From assembly GCA_951406725.2 (NCBI GenBank), contig OX597816.1:134850001-134914000 (forward strand): 64,000 nt of DNA. The letters run 5' to 3'. Of the stretch, positions 1-12,882 are shown piece after piece. Position 1 is the first letter of the stretch. Each line of letters begins with the position of its first letter. A program made the position numbers and the translations under genes. The notes under the pieces were generated by a model, which was not told the origin of the DNA, made no database searches, and saw only the letters and a program-made list of their open reading frames with translations. The DNA comes from Octopus vulgaris (Eukaryota).

Positions 1-379
1 TCAAAGATAAACATTTTAAAGAAAAACATTCATCTCATTGCCGAATTTAGTCGAGTACTACTGAGCATTGTTTTATTTTCATTTTATTATGATGAATTTT
101 GCTGACTTAAGTAGTTTCACTCTTAGGATCACAAAAAACGAAGCACCGCCATGAAAATATAACATGGCCAGAACTGAAATGTCATTGATAAAGGGTTTTG
201 CTTGACCAGGACTTACCTGGGGACAAAACAACAACAAATAGTACTTATATTATCGATCTAGTTCGATGAAAAGCAATCCAGTTCTGGAAATTAAAACATA
301 CTGGAAAGTAGCTAAATATCACAAGGTGTTTTGTCCAATGCTCTACCGATTCTGCTATATACGATCATATATTGATAAT

Positions 380-560
380 AATATTTTCTATCAGAGGCAC
401 AAAGGCCACACATTTTAAAGGGAAGGGATAATTAATTATATTGATTTCCATTAACTGATCGATACTTATTTTATCGACTACGCATCGATCTCGGCAGGAT
501 TTGAACTCTAAATGTAAAGAAAGGAAAGTAAATACCGCAAGGTATTCTGTCTGACCATCT
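380..560 (-). mobile_element. Diverged tRNA-derived SINE (abundant family)
   Basis: Degenerate match to better copies at 7386-7765 (aggcacaaagg...acttattttatcgac...gatctcggcaggatttgaactc). Confidence 0.65.
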
Positions 561-1199
561 AAATATTATCTAATGCATCATATCTCTTAAAATACCAAGC
601 TTGGATCCTATAAATTTAATTCAGAATGTAAAGTAGAAACATTTATTTTGCTTGATAGTCGATATTAAATACTTTGAGTTTTAATTTTTCATAGTTAAAT
701 TTATCAAAATACCCAACAGCTATATTATTATTAGTTTAGTTCAGTTTAATGAGGTTGTTAACGCGTGACTGCAATGATTGAGTTTCGCAATAATTGATTT
801 ACCCATCATAGAAATAATGTCTCAAAATCGAAAAAATAAATGAAGAAACACATCGTAAACAAAATCTGAAGAACAGGTGAACTTTGAAAATACACTGGAT
901 TTTATAGCTTTGTCATATAATTTGTATGAATGTTAAACTGAAATCTCTTGTACAACGAAGTGATTTCGGATTTGGATTTGAAGCTAGAATAGAGCTAAAA
1001 TCAATTAGTCCATGAAGCACGTCAGTTAGCGGTACCATTTGGAGGTGAATACACCTAAATGGTATTAAAATGTTTATAGTGTCACTATGAGTGTAAAACA
1101 ATGTGGTAGCTCTTTCAGCTCGGTAGCTTTGTTTTTTTTTTTTTGTTTTTTTTTTGCAGATTTATGAAATTTCACCAATACTCATACTGAAGTACTTCT

Positions 1200-2870
1200 G
1201 TGCATGATGACTCCAACACATATGACATCGTTCATATATCTAGCAGAAATTAAAACTCCATTTCGTCTCTAATGACCAGAACAAGTGCCTGGTATACTTA
1301 GACAGTCTTGTCAAAAAGACCACAGACTGGATTAGGAGCTGCGAGAATTAAAGACAATTCTGTCTGGGGATTCTCTAGCCACAGCAGCTGTGCAGCTAAG
1401 ACAACAAATAAAGAAACAAGATCTCAGTCAAACATGACCACCAAGCACCGATCAAAATGTCATTCCCGACACTGCTACCAAATTTCTCTATTCCTTGTTG
1501 ACTGGGGAAAACCAGTGTACAATTCTCACAGAAAGGGTCAAGCGTCTTGCTACTTCTTTTGGAAGTGACCTGGTGTTTGCTGTTACCTGTGGCAAAACAA
1601 AGCCACCGAAGCACATACTTCTGCCATATGCTGTGAAGTCTCTTACAGGAAACACCGAATTGATACGGACACTGAATCGCTTTGGACACAGCCTTTCTTA
1701 CTCACAGATTGAAGGGATTAACACAGCCCTTTACGTTCAGAAGTTGGAAGTTTCGGAAGATGGCACATCACTACCCAGAAACATCTACCCAGGTGTATTC
1801 ACAACTGTAACTTGGGACAATATTGACCGCCTTGAAGAGACTCTTAGTGGTAGAGGCACCTCCCACAGAGTCAACGGCTTCGCCGTCCAGCCTAAAGTTT
1901 CAGGGCTCATGCCACAAAATGTTGTGTCTATAGTTACCAATTCCAAGAAAAGAAGCATTAGTTCTCCTCCATTGTTGCTACAGATTTATAATGATGGGCA
2001 GCGAGTTGGACCACCCATAACTGAGACACTAGAAACCGACAGTGACCAACAGGTCGAAAATGCAAAAAGAAAGAACCATGTTTGGCTTTTGACTCGGATG
2101 TCTGACCCAGGGAACCAGACAACAAGCAGTAAGACAGGATTCAACACCCAGACTCGCAAGGATGTCACAGTTATCTAGGACACAGTGAGATACCTGCCAA
2201 CTATAAATGCTCCTGCAACAGACATGTCCACTGTGAATAAAGTACTGGAACAAACTACTCGAATCATGGATTCCTTGCAGCTCAGCAAGATAGTTTGTGT
2301 TTGACTAAGTACTGTATGCCAAGGAAGCTGAAGTAGTGTGGAAAAAAGACAAGTATAGAAACATAATCATCAGAATGGGAGTTTTCCACATAATTAGTAA
2401 CCTCCTTTCTATTCAAGATTCAAGATAGTGTGTTAAAATCAGGTGTCACAGCAGATTGATCAGTGGCTGGGATCATGGAAGGTAGCATGTACAAACTTGT
2501 GTATGAAATATTAATGAGGCTTGCCTGGAAAGGGTTCTCCCATTGATAGAGGATAATCATGCAGAAGATGTGCCTCACCTAGCGGAAACATTGAAGGTCA
2601 TAGTCAACTTTCAAAGCAGTGCCAACCAGATGTCCTTCCAAGAGGTTCTTGGAAATGAGTCCTGCACAAGGATCTTGGAGCTGTTTTAGACCTACCCCGA
2701 ATCCCTTAGATGCGTGTAGGCTATCGGCTTTATGGTTGTCCTACATAGACATGGTGGAGATTATGCTTGGCTTAATACGAGCTTCCAGAGAAGGTGACTG
2801 GATCCTCCCGCTTGCATCCATCCGAAAGATGATCCCATGGTGTTTTGTCTATGAGAAGGTGAACTAGGGT
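1200..2870 (+). pseudogene. Decayed DNA transposon transposase, Academ (AcademX-like) DDE type
   Basis: ORF 1495-2178 (KPPKHILLPYAVKSLTGN...TWDNIDRLEETLSGRGTSHRVNG) continues through stops and frameshifts as YLPTINAPATDMSTV, VF-D*VLYAK, IIIRMGVFH, and ORF 2619-2867 (LWLSYIDMVEIMLGLIRASREGDW...MIPWCFVY). It extends in frame upstream of 1495 (ELRELKTILSGDSLATAAVQLRQQIKK...T*PP). WDNID / FDQ-like / GxFH motif order recalled from Academ transposases. GC is visibly higher than the flanks. Ends are approximate and no TIRs were found. Confidence 0.7.
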
Positions 2871-5800
2871 CAACTCACATATTGTGTTCAAAACCAGGAC
2901 ACATTAAGTAATGATGTTGCCAAGAAGATAGATGGATTGGTCACGACTGCAAAGTTTTTGATCAGTGATTAGGTGGATCCGTACGTACTGTGGATGAAAA
3001 CAACAAGAAACTTCATAGATGTTGCAGTAATGTTAGTCTAAGCTTCACTAATGAGGTCAAATATATTGAAACATACCTGAAATTTCCACAGTACTGCTAA
3101 AGATCAAATTTATTCCTCTCAGTATTCCATATTTAATCAATTGTAATTAAAATTAATTAATTAAAATCATGCTCCCCTGCCTTTTTTGACTAAAATTAGT
3201 ATTTAGGGAGTAGTTCTCATTTCTAAACATGTAATTTTTAAAATTAACATTTCTTCATTTACTACATCAAATAAGTTATCCAGCTTACTATTACATTTTT
3301 CATGCATTAGGCGTCTATAGGTGTTTCTCCTCCCCGACCAGACATTCTTGTATACATATAGTTCATTATATTTCAATAATTATCTGGTTTTAAATTGGAT
3401 GATTTTTGATAGATCATAAAATTATCTTTCTAATGTTTCTATTGAAATACAATTAGTTGCGCTTGGGAATTTTTGTAATATCAAAATATCTAATTGAATA
3501 CTGGCTGTAATCATAAAGATATCCATTTAATTTGAGAGTTGAAATATGCAGGCCAAATAGATTTGAAACATTTAAAGAAATACTCTCATTACTGATTTAC
3601 ACACACACAACTATTCACTTAATATGCTGTTTATACATTTTCTAATATAATGATGTCTGAACAGACGTATTAGCAATTTTTCCTTGGCACAATGTACTTC
3701 AGCTATATTATCAATGTACCCTTCCTTTTTTAATACAGTAGGGTGTAACATTAGGGAGATTTGACTGCTATTTCTAGCAGATCTTGATCTGAGATTGACT
3801 TTACCTTACACCTTTCCATTGTCAATAAAATAAGTCTCAATGAAATGAGTACTGGGTTTGATTTAATCGTCCGCATCTTACTATGAGATGTATGGCCTTT
3901 GCCCACGCCAGAGATCGATGTTATATTTGAAGATAGAAAAGAAGTGTTCATGGCTTTACAACCTCTCTCTATTCTTGTAAGATTCATGCAACTGATTTTC
4001 AGTTAGATTTTCTGCTGCTTGATGTCCATATGAAAACTGTAGATAGGGAGTTCCAGATGGATACATGTAGTTCTGTAGATTAAGTGAAATCTAGTAGAAA
4101 CGACAATGGGAAGCAAAATTAATCAAATTCATTTTAGAAGTGTGCAGCTTGTTAGTTTACAAGCTTAAGAACTGTTGCAATATCAGAAGAGGAAACAGAG
4201 GGAGGATACAATGCATCGAAGGGATCGTGGTTGAAGTGTGCTGTAATGTGAAGGTTTGTCAGTTTAACTAACTGACAAACTTTCACCATTTAATAGCTAC
4301 TTTTGGGTGATGCAGTCTACAATTTTCAAGTGTTTAGCAAACTGCAACGTTTCATTGAGTGCACTTTTAAAGTGCTCAGAGTAGAAGTAACCTTGTCTTC
4401 TTTGGGATGCGGCTTAAGTAACGTTGTAGGTATGTGGCGCCTTGGGAGAGTGGTGAAATTTGAAACCGTTTAGCCTTTTAACTTTTCTTGTTTCAAGTAA
4501 TTTATAATTTCCTGGCTTTATTTTTCATGCATTTTTGCTTTATATTTCCATTGGTTCTTTCACTGATTGTCTTCAGGTGTCGTTTTCCTATATATAAATT
4601 CAATCCTAAAACAACCAGCTGATTGAAACCAAATGTTGAAGACACACGAATAACGAAGTTAACAGTACAGAAATTCTAAATTATTTCTACGGTATCTGTT
4701 CTCAAATATCCGGATACGTAATCTAATTTCGCTTTTGAAAGACAATTCGACGCCAAACACAGAAGTGTCAGGTTCATTATTTTTCTTTCTATATTAAAGA
4801 CAATTTCGTAGAATATTGTGCATGGTGTCATTTTAAATGCAGTACATTCAGAGTAGCTGCTGAATAAATTATTTTTCGCTAAATCATTTGAGTAATATAT
4901 TTCAATAAATTAGTTCTTTTTATTTTATTTTATGGCTACAGAACAATTTGATTTCAACTCTATTTGAAATAAAGAAGGTATTTATGGCGTTATAGCAACT
5001 AAGTACGTCTTAGTAGGACATTTTGTCATTCTTATAGTAATAGAGCTTTAGTTTGTCATCCCATTCAAAGGGATGTTACTGGTGTTTTGTCTTTGCAAGG
5101 ATAACTAAAATACCGCTCAGCTCACATTCGAACCACCTCTTATTTTTTTTTGTATCACTACTCATATTTGTAATCAATATTTTATTATTATTTTTTGTTC
5201 TCTGGCAGCTGCGTCTCGTCAAAAAGATGGACAGAAAACTGTTCCTCATCAATCTTCTAATCTCTTATGTTTCGTTACTACATTACACTCTGGGATATTG
5301 CTTCAACTGATAAGATAAATGGTATTATTAATCAGGCTCTAGCGAGTGAATGAGTTTCCTTCCTGTAAGTAAAAGCAAGGATTTAAAGTCTGAAGCTATT
5401 AATAGCCAAACTATCCTGGGCGATTTCTCCATACTTTTTGTAGGAAAGGAATCAATGATATCATACAACACACAAGTTCCTATTATTTGAATTTTATGCA
5501 TAATTTTATCTGTAGCTAATGATTACTTTTTTTTCTTCAGTTCCATGCATAACTTGACTGCAGTTTTCATTATCAAAATTCACATATTTCCCAATGCCTT
5601 TACCCGACACTGAACCCTAAATGTAGGAAATTATAATTAACGAAATAAAATTTCTTAAGTCAATAAAGAAACAAACATAAATAGCTAGATAAAGGAATAA
5701 AGACACGAAATTTGTTTCTCTTTCGTGATTTGGGTTGGGAGCGTAGGAATGACGTTTAGGAACGTGCTACAATTTAAACAAAGTAAAGACGCGCGTAGCA

Positions 5801-6616
5801 ATATCAACAAAAGCGAACTTCTATATTTTGAAATATTTTTCGTTACTCACGAAAATGGAGGTACTCTTACACAGGTAAGAAATCAAATAATCTTATTTAA
5901 ATTTACTGACTGATAACCATTTTTCATTATATTCCGTTCAGTAATGATTACAGCATTCTTTCTCTGTTTATTTTCTGTTTCATCGATATAAGGAATACCG
6001 AGAAAAGTCTGTTTCTTTTTAACTCCTTATTAACCCGCATAGTTTCTGTATATCTACATTTTAAAAATATGCTATTTTAATTTCCAAATCAAATTATTAT
6101 GATACTTATTCGCAAGAAACAGTTACAAATAAAACATAATTTTTGTTCTAACTTTTTCCATACTCACATCCAGCTTCAACTATATGTTGATGAGGCAGAC
6201 TGTGGTATCTATTATAATAGATATCCTGTAAGAAAACCTAAAGTCGGTTCCTATTCAGTATGTTGAATTATTGTAAAATGTTGTAATGCAAGGATATATT
6301 AGTCAATCGGTCGAATCTTCATCACAACTGTTTGCTTTATTTACGTTATACATATTACCCGAGTGAATAAAGTACTGGGTTCATAGGTCGTGCGTTCATT
6401 CCCCGTACTGTTATTTTTATTGTTGCTTAACCCTTGTCCGTTCTCAAAATTGTTTATTACTGACCATCTCCTCTTCTTTTTTCAGGCATACATTATCCAA
6501 TGTGTAACTCGTTGATGAGTTACAAATAATGTTTTAACTGTTCTATATTTAAGAGATGAGGAATTATGTACATTATTTACGATTGACGGAGATTTGTCCT
6601 CATCTTGTTTGTTGTT

Positions 6617-6662
6617 AACACAATATTTCGGCTGATACACCCTCCAGCCTTCATCAGGTGTC
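6617..6662 (-). ncRNA. Minimal type I hammerhead ribozyme motif (Penelope-type)
   Basis: Minus strand reads GACAC CTGATGA A GGCTG gagggtgtat CAGCC GAAA TA TT GTGTT. Stem I GACAC/GTGTT, core CUGAUGA and GAAA, stem II GGCTG/CAGCC, one-pair stem III with palindromic (A)ATAT(T), and UH = UU. Confidence 0.7.
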
Positions 6663-6940
6663 TTGGGGAAATTTCGAATCTGGGTTCTCATTCCTAAGGT
6701 ATTTTCCGATGTGATTGTTGTTGTTATTATTCAGGTCACTGCCTGGAATCGAACTCGGAATCTTGGAGTCAGTAGCCCGCGCTCTTAACCACTACTGGCA
6801 TATGGCGTAGTCGTTAAGAGCGCCATCTACTAACCCCAAGATTCCGAGTTCGATTCCAGGCAGTGACCTGAATAATAATAATAATAATAAACTTCGAAAA
6901 ATACCTTAGGAATGAGAACCCTGGTTCGAAATTTCCCCAA

Positions 6941-6986
6941 GACACCTGATGAAGGCTGGAGGGTATATCAGCCAAAACGTAGTGTT
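6941..6986 (+). ncRNA. Minimal hammerhead motif, G12A mutated (probably inactive)
   Basis: GACAC CTGATGA A GGCTG gagggtatat CAGCC AAAA CG TA GTGTT. Same fold as the left arm, but GAAA has become AAAA at a CpG site. Confidence 0.6.
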
Positions 6987-7385
6987 AACAACAAACAAGA
7001 TGACAAATATCCGTCAATTGTAAATAATGTTTTAAATCTAAATAACATTATTTCAGTCCACTTGGTTTCTTGGCTTTCAAAAGCGTATAAATAGTTTTGG
7101 CGTTTTCTTTTAAATATTCTCATGTCTGGAGAAAAGATGCACTCCTCATATCATGCGGCGAGTCCCTTTAGATTTGAATGAAGTTTGTGGAGTTAAGAGA
7201 GATTGCTGTGGGTTAATATAGACATTAAGAAGTTACGGAATTGTGTAAACAGGAGCTGAAGTTATATTAGATGATTTTTTTCGGAACATCACATTAAATG
7301 TTATGTTTTGTGTGTGCGTGAATTTATAATGACGAAGGAAGGAAGTCTAGAAGACACATTAGATAAAATTTAGTTATAGTCGTTA

Positions 7386-7765
7386 TTCTTTTCTACTCTA
7401 GGCACAAGGCCCGATATTTTTGGGGAGGGGGCCAGTCGATTAGATCGACCCCAGTACGCAACTGGTATTTAATTTAAAGGTAAAGTCGACCTCGGCGGAA
7501 TTTGAACTCAGAACGTAGCGGCAGACGAAATACCTATTTCTTTACTACCCACAAGGGGCTAAACACAGAGGGGACAAACAAGGACAGGCAAACGGATTAA
7601 GTCGATTACATCTACCCCAGTGCGTAACTGGTACTTAATTTATCGACCCCGAAAGGATGAAAGGCAAAGTCGACCTCGGCGGAATTTGAACTCAGAACGT
7701 AGCGGCAGACGAAATACGGCTACGCATTTAGCCCGGCGTGCTAACGTTTCTGCCAGCTCGCCGCC
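7386..7765 (-). mobile_element. tRNA-derived SINE, composite with duplicated central domain (Meta-domain-like core)
   Basis: Head ggcggcgagctggcagaaacgttagcacgccggg on the minus strand and B-box GAGTTCAAATTCC. The core gccgaggtcgactttgcctttcatcctttcggggtcgataaattaagtaccag is present twice (one copy partly deleted). Many copies in the window. Confidence 0.9.
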
Positions 7766-9917
7766 TTAGTTCTTATTGTTTAGCCGGAACCAACACGTCT
7801 TTGTTTAAGGTACAATAATGTATGCCGACAACATTATCCTGGGTACACATTTTTTTCCCATTTTAAGATAAGAAAGAGGAGATTAAGAAAATTCAGTAAA
7901 CTTTTTCTATTACATACTCACATTGACGGTGGCTTTGCCTAGAGAACGGCTGATTTCCGACGGTTTTGATGGCCAGATTCATTCAAAAATACATAAAAGT
8001 TCCATAGGAAAGACATACATTTTACCTTTAATGTGAGGTGGTGTAATTGCAAAAATTTACTGATTTTGCTGTTACTTCTTACAGGCGGCACAATCACCGA
8101 GATACACTAACTATTTAGCTGTTATTTAGCCACAAATCAGCTCCGTTAGAGCAACTCTCTGATCAAAGGTGTTCCTGCTATAGTCATCCTATCGCTTTCG
8201 TATATTCAAGGTTGAATTGGCCAATGTTTTCTTTTCCGAGACGGTAGTCTCTAAATTCTTGTGAAAGAATTCAGAGAATGTCTACCAGCAAGCACCTAAT
8301 TCGATTTCAAATAAAACTGCAGTACAGTTTGAATGAAATTTTGTATACAAGATGCCTTTTAGTAGATTTTGAAAAGTTGTTAGAACTGAGTTCTATACAT
8401 AATGCACTGGAGCAACAGCCATCCACTATTAAATTTCATCTATTTTCAGATAATGGCTCAGTTCCTGCGGTAGATTTTGTATGATCCACTACTCACGAAC
8501 GAAAAATTTAGTCCATGTTTGTAATAGATCCAATTTACATTAAAAGGGTACAGCAACTAGCTTTAGTTTGCTTTAAATAAAAGAAATAGTACCTTACAAA
8601 GCAGGAACAAGTAAAAGCTTTTGTCCTTTTGCAGTTACCACAGAACATAACTTTTCCGTATCTTGTTAGCAGTGCATGATGTGTATCGTTTTTTAAAAAT
8701 CTTTTTCTCAGAAAAGAATTCTGTTCCCATCATCCGCTATAGGGCCTCTGAGACGGGTGGAAGGAAAGTACCTCCTAACCCGAATGTATGCAGTGTATAA
8801 CTTTTTTCTAATTCATCGGATTTCTTCGTAACTTTCACCTACACATTTTGTAGCTTATTCTTGTATTGTCTCGTCACCTCTTAAAACAAAAGTATTATTA
8901 TTGTTGTTATTACCTTCAAGCTATTCAGATCGTAAACACCGACACTCCATATATGTACACAGTCTTTCATAAATTCATCTGACGGAAGTTGTTGCTATTA
9001 TTGCTTAAGACATTCTCGGGAAAAGGTGGGTTTAAAAACTGTCTTCTATTAGGAGTTAAAGAACAATGATTTTTTCCCCGCAGTCTGCCGTTAGCAATTT
9101 AACAATTGAAGATAAAAGGTGGTGAGGAAATAATCATGACAGCTGCAGTAGCGTAACTCTAACGCTGTCGTCTGGATTGTAGTCATTCTTGTTAAAGCGA
9201 AGCAGTGACTTTTTCTGAAGATTTCGTCTGAGAAATATAACTCTGTCAGCACCAGTAACATTATGATGGAACAAAGCAGTGATGCAGAAAACGGCAACGG
9301 AGAGAAACATCATCGAATATATAAACCCACACATGCCAGCAGCAAAAACCGCATAAACGATAATGACAAAAACAAGATAAAGAAATAGAATGTTGTGTTT
9401 GTGTGTGTATACAAGAATAAAAACAGTGTCTTTAAGAAGCGAACAAAACACCAGCATTATTGTCAACAAAAATGAAATCGTAAATCACCACAAAAATGCA
9501 GTAATATGTAGCCCATACAGAAGATTCATCCACCATTTAGATTGTATACCCTCTTCAGCTCAAGAATAAACAATGAGTTTATTGAAGCTTTATAACGTTC
9601 GGAATCTTGGAATGTTAGTGCTTCTGTAGCACAACATTCACTGCAAAACAGTTACCTATATAAAAACGAAAATAACGTCAGAGTGGGTAGAAAACAGTAT
9701 AGGTTAGCCGAAACATTGTACCGTGTGAGGAAGAAGCGTAAAGCAACTTTGCTAGTCCATGTATCTCGAATGAAATTAACTTAATTCCGACCTATGTGAG
9801 CAGTTGTTCTACAAAAATGGAGCCTAATAGTGAGGATGCCGAGGAAAAAATTAGGCAAATTTCAAAAGTGCCGATAGCAACACACAAAGATGTCCCAATT
9901 CCCTTAGCGCTCCCCTC

Positions 9918-10003
9918 ATGGTGAAACGAGTCTGGAACAGATTTGACTTCAATGGGGCGCTGATGAATTCAGATCAGACCAAAGCCTTTGGCAGGGTCGA
10001 CCC
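9918..10003 (+). mobile_element. Tiny L1/Tx1-like reverse transcriptase fragment
   Basis: Translates MVKRVWNRFDFNGALMNSDQTKAFGRVDP, matching the L1/Tx1 RT motif (xLD)QxKAFDRVD. Confidence 0.55.
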
Positions 10004-10005
10004 AC

Positions 10006-10088
10006 GGGCATATGGCGTAGTGGTTAAGAGCGCAGCTACTAACTCCAAGATTCTGAGTTCGATTCCAGGCAGTGACCCGAATAATAAT
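10006..10088 (+). mobile_element. Isolated tRNA-like head of the 6570-7030 family (not a functional tRNA)
   Basis: gggcatatggcgtagtggttaagagcgc...gagttcgattccaggcagtgacccgaataataat is near-identical to 6797-6880. No acceptor-stem pairing. Confidence 0.8.
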
Positions 10089-10229
10089 AGTTAGCAGCGC
10101 ACTCTCTTTCGCCCTTTGTGAAATAGACAATTTTCGTTAACCAGTAGGGCCATCTATTACCAATACTACACCAGATGTATCGCAGAATACCATGTGTAAT
10201 GATGCGCAAGCATGCACCGAGACACCCGA

Positions 10230-11235
10230 AGAGATTCTTGGATAACATGAAAAGGTGTAGCTTGTTATGAGATATGATTTTTTTCTATAGCTAGTCTCTT
10301 TGGTCCAATTTCAGCGCCGGGTCAAGTTCGAAAGTTGTGCTATTATGTTTTTTGTTCAACAGCTTGACTGATGTATTGTTTTACTTTTCAACGCATTTCT
10401 TTATAATATTAAAATAACTCGTGATTACCATAGATTTCTCATATTACAGCCTACTGACTCTAGTCCAGTATCATAAAGCCAGTCCTGTCAATGCAAATGT
10501 ATTGAATAGTCTAGTGTTCTTGCTATGGAGATGAGGTTTTAATATAATATTTTTTAAATCAAAATATTCATTTTTCATTCTCACTCGTATAGTTTTCATA
10601 TACACTTCTACTTTCTAGGCCCAAATATCTGTAGAAGGCGTAATTTTCTAGCTCCAATACTATCACCCTTTCTAGAGTTTGAAATTGTCGGTTTACCTTA
10701 TTTTATCGTTAGTTTCTTGCACTTATTCAATTTAAAGTATATTTTAAAGAACTACTTGAGAAGGCTGAGAAGACTCTCAAGCAGGGGACCGTTTACAGCA
10801 TACAGGTTTAGATGAAAAGGAGATGGTAGATGAATCTGGTCCTCCCTTTCTCCATGTAGTCTCATAATTTTGTTAGCTAAATGAACGGTAAGAAGATAGG
10901 ATGAAGACCAAGAGTACTGTTCTTTTAGAATGTGGCAATATATATTACGGTAAGGCTGAAGATTACAATAACTATAAGCTGGAACTATTGGTGCCGGTAA
11001 AAACTGTCTATCACTTCTTTGTTGATTCACGAAGCTCATCATTTTTTCGTCAAACTGACATACCTCCAGTAATTTGATAAGCCAGTCATGTAGGAGTGAA
11101 TTGAAAATTGGTTTTAGTCCATCCAGGCATAAAATTCTCTTTAGTCCATCCAGGCATATAAGCAAGTTCTTTTCTCGGATCAGAATCATTAAAATCTTGG
11201 ACAAAACGCCTTTCCAGCGTTTGTTCTAACTCCTT
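10230..11235 (-). mobile_element. Decayed R4/Dong-clade LINE reverse transcriptase region
   Basis: Minus-strand remnants: FNSLLHDWLIKLLEV (KAFDSxPHxWL motif), IYHLLFI/LNLYA (HLLFMDDLKLYA with the DD deleted), FYRYLGLE, LHSKNTRLFNTFA. Many stops. Small tandem duplication at 11113-11158. Confidence 0.7.
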
Positions 11236-11239
11236 TCAG

Positions 11240-11515
11240 TTTTGATTTGAAATACCACGAGGTTAAATTAGTTTTACATCCATCCGGGATCGATAAGATA
11301 AATTCTCAATCAGGTACTAGGTTCGATATAATCGATTAAATGCTTTCTACTAAATTTCAGATTATTATTATAATTATTATTATAATTCGGCCGAGGTCGA
11401 ATTTGCCTTTCCTTCTTTCTGGGTCGATGAAATAAGTACCAGTTGAGTACTGGAGTCGATGTATTCGACCCATCCCCTCCCCTGAAATTGCTAGCCTTGT
11501 GTCAAAATTCGGAAC

Positions 11516-11548
<33 letters not shown>

Positions 11549-11735
11549 GAGCGCTTAAGGTTGCAAGCTGGCAAAATCGCTAGAGCATCGGAAAAATGCC
11601 TTGCAAGTATTTTCCCGCTCTTTACGTTTTGAGTTAAAATCCTAACGAGGTCAACTTTGCTTTTCCTCTTTTCTGGATTGATAAAATAAAGTACTCTACC
11701 CGTCAAAATTGCTAGCCTTGTGCCTATATCAGAAA
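11240..11735 (+). mobile_element. Cluster of 3 diverged SINE copies separated by (TAT)n
   Basis: Repeated gaggtcaa/gaggtcga...tttgcctt...gataaaataagtacc core and gcctgtg/gccttgtg tail. Confidence 0.8.
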
Positions 11736-12730
11736 TATATATCCTCCACGAGGTGATAAAATACTAGTTATGTTCTATAGTAGATTCCATTATATTTCTC
11801 TATGAAACTTGGCCTATAAATACATATATGGAATCATAATTATGACTGGTATTAGTCAAATGCTTGAATAGAAATAATCGATTACGTCATCTTCTCAAAC
11901 GATCTTGTTCTTGCTTGCGGTTATAATAAGTCTTAATTATTAAAGTCTGTATCAACAAGATTTGTTTTTCCGAAAGAAAATCGAACTATTAGCAACGTGA
12001 GCAGAAGCTATAAAAGTAATTATCTCAGATCGTGAATGTTTTATTTAGACTCATTTAAGTATATACAGAAAGTCATCGAAGTATATTAATGATTAGCACT
12101 TTTGTCAAGGCTTGGTTTGATGCCTCTTCAAATTTATAAGCTACAACTGAAGACTTTGAATACATTTTGGGACCTGTTATTGCTTTTAGAATTGCTTATC
12201 GTTTACTATTATAGACAAATGTTTTACTAATTTCATCTCGGTTAAATGATACATTACTAGAGGATTACTCAAACACTTGGATTTTCCATACCTTTCAGTC
12301 TGTTCCCCACCCTCTCTCTGTGTTTCCACTCCGTTTTTTGAGATTATCATTACTATTCTATCGCAAAAACTAACACATATTAATACTAACATTTTGACTG
12401 AAGGTTTATATTAAGGAATTTGTTAATCAATTTTCATTATTAGGATCGATAAAAACTGGCCTGGGAAGGTTGGATAAATAACAATCTTAGAAAACTGTAG
12501 ATGCTTTAATTCATAGAAAAATGTTATTCACTGTTTCGGAATCTTTAATCTTGTGGATGTCTCAGTTTCAGTAGATTGCTCGTGTGTGGAATTGATTCTG
12601 TTGGGAATTATTAATGTAGATGATGTGAATTATATCAAATATAATAGAATGTAAATTATATCAAATATTTAATGATATCTCATGTTGCCACTATTCTGCT
12701 GACTACATGAAATGGCTGGGAGGATATGTA

Positions 12731-12782
12731 ACCGGACTTCCGGTATACAGAGCCTGGCTACAAAGCACCTTAAAAGGCAAAG
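12731..12782 (+). promoter_or_regulatory. Possible promoter / short first exon
   Basis: Inverted repeat accggacttccggt contains an ETS consensus (ACCGGAAGT on minus). It is followed by a donor-like AAAG|gttagt at 12782/12783 and an acceptor exactly 100 nt downstream. Confidence 0.25.
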
Positions 12783-12882
12783 GTTAGTGTCTCTTATTAT
12801 TAGAAATATTTTAAGAGAGAAAGTAAATAGCATTCATGTATTCCGCTACTCTTTGTTTATGGCATTCTTTACCATTCTTCAG

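Larger units (their letters stand above)
6570..7030. mobile_element. Head-to-head (palindromic) pair of tRNA-headed SINE-like elements with hammerhead-containing tails
   Basis: 6570-6795 is the imperfect reverse complement of ~6806-7030, and ORFs 6482-6691(-) and 6912-7094(+) translate almost identically. Each arm has a tRNA-like head (A-box like TGGCGTAGTCG in the right arm, B-box GAGTTCGATTCC), an (AAT/AAC)n spacer, and a tail with CTGATGA...GAAA. Confidence 0.85.

Noticed and set aside
5725-5880. First exon ATGGAGGTACTCTTACACAG|gtaaga
   Set aside because: Good donor, but no compatible downstream exon was found; insufficient support.
6797-6870. tRNA gene (also 10006-10078 and other SINE heads)
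   Set aside because: A/B boxes are present, but there is no proper acceptor stem and they are embedded in repeat units; SINE heads rather than tRNAs.
9091-9469. Hydrophobic 'membrane protein' ORFs (also 14953-15333, 39049-39435, 41025-41321)
   Set aside because: Arise from A-rich or decayed trinucleotide low-complexity sequence; no splice signals or motifs.
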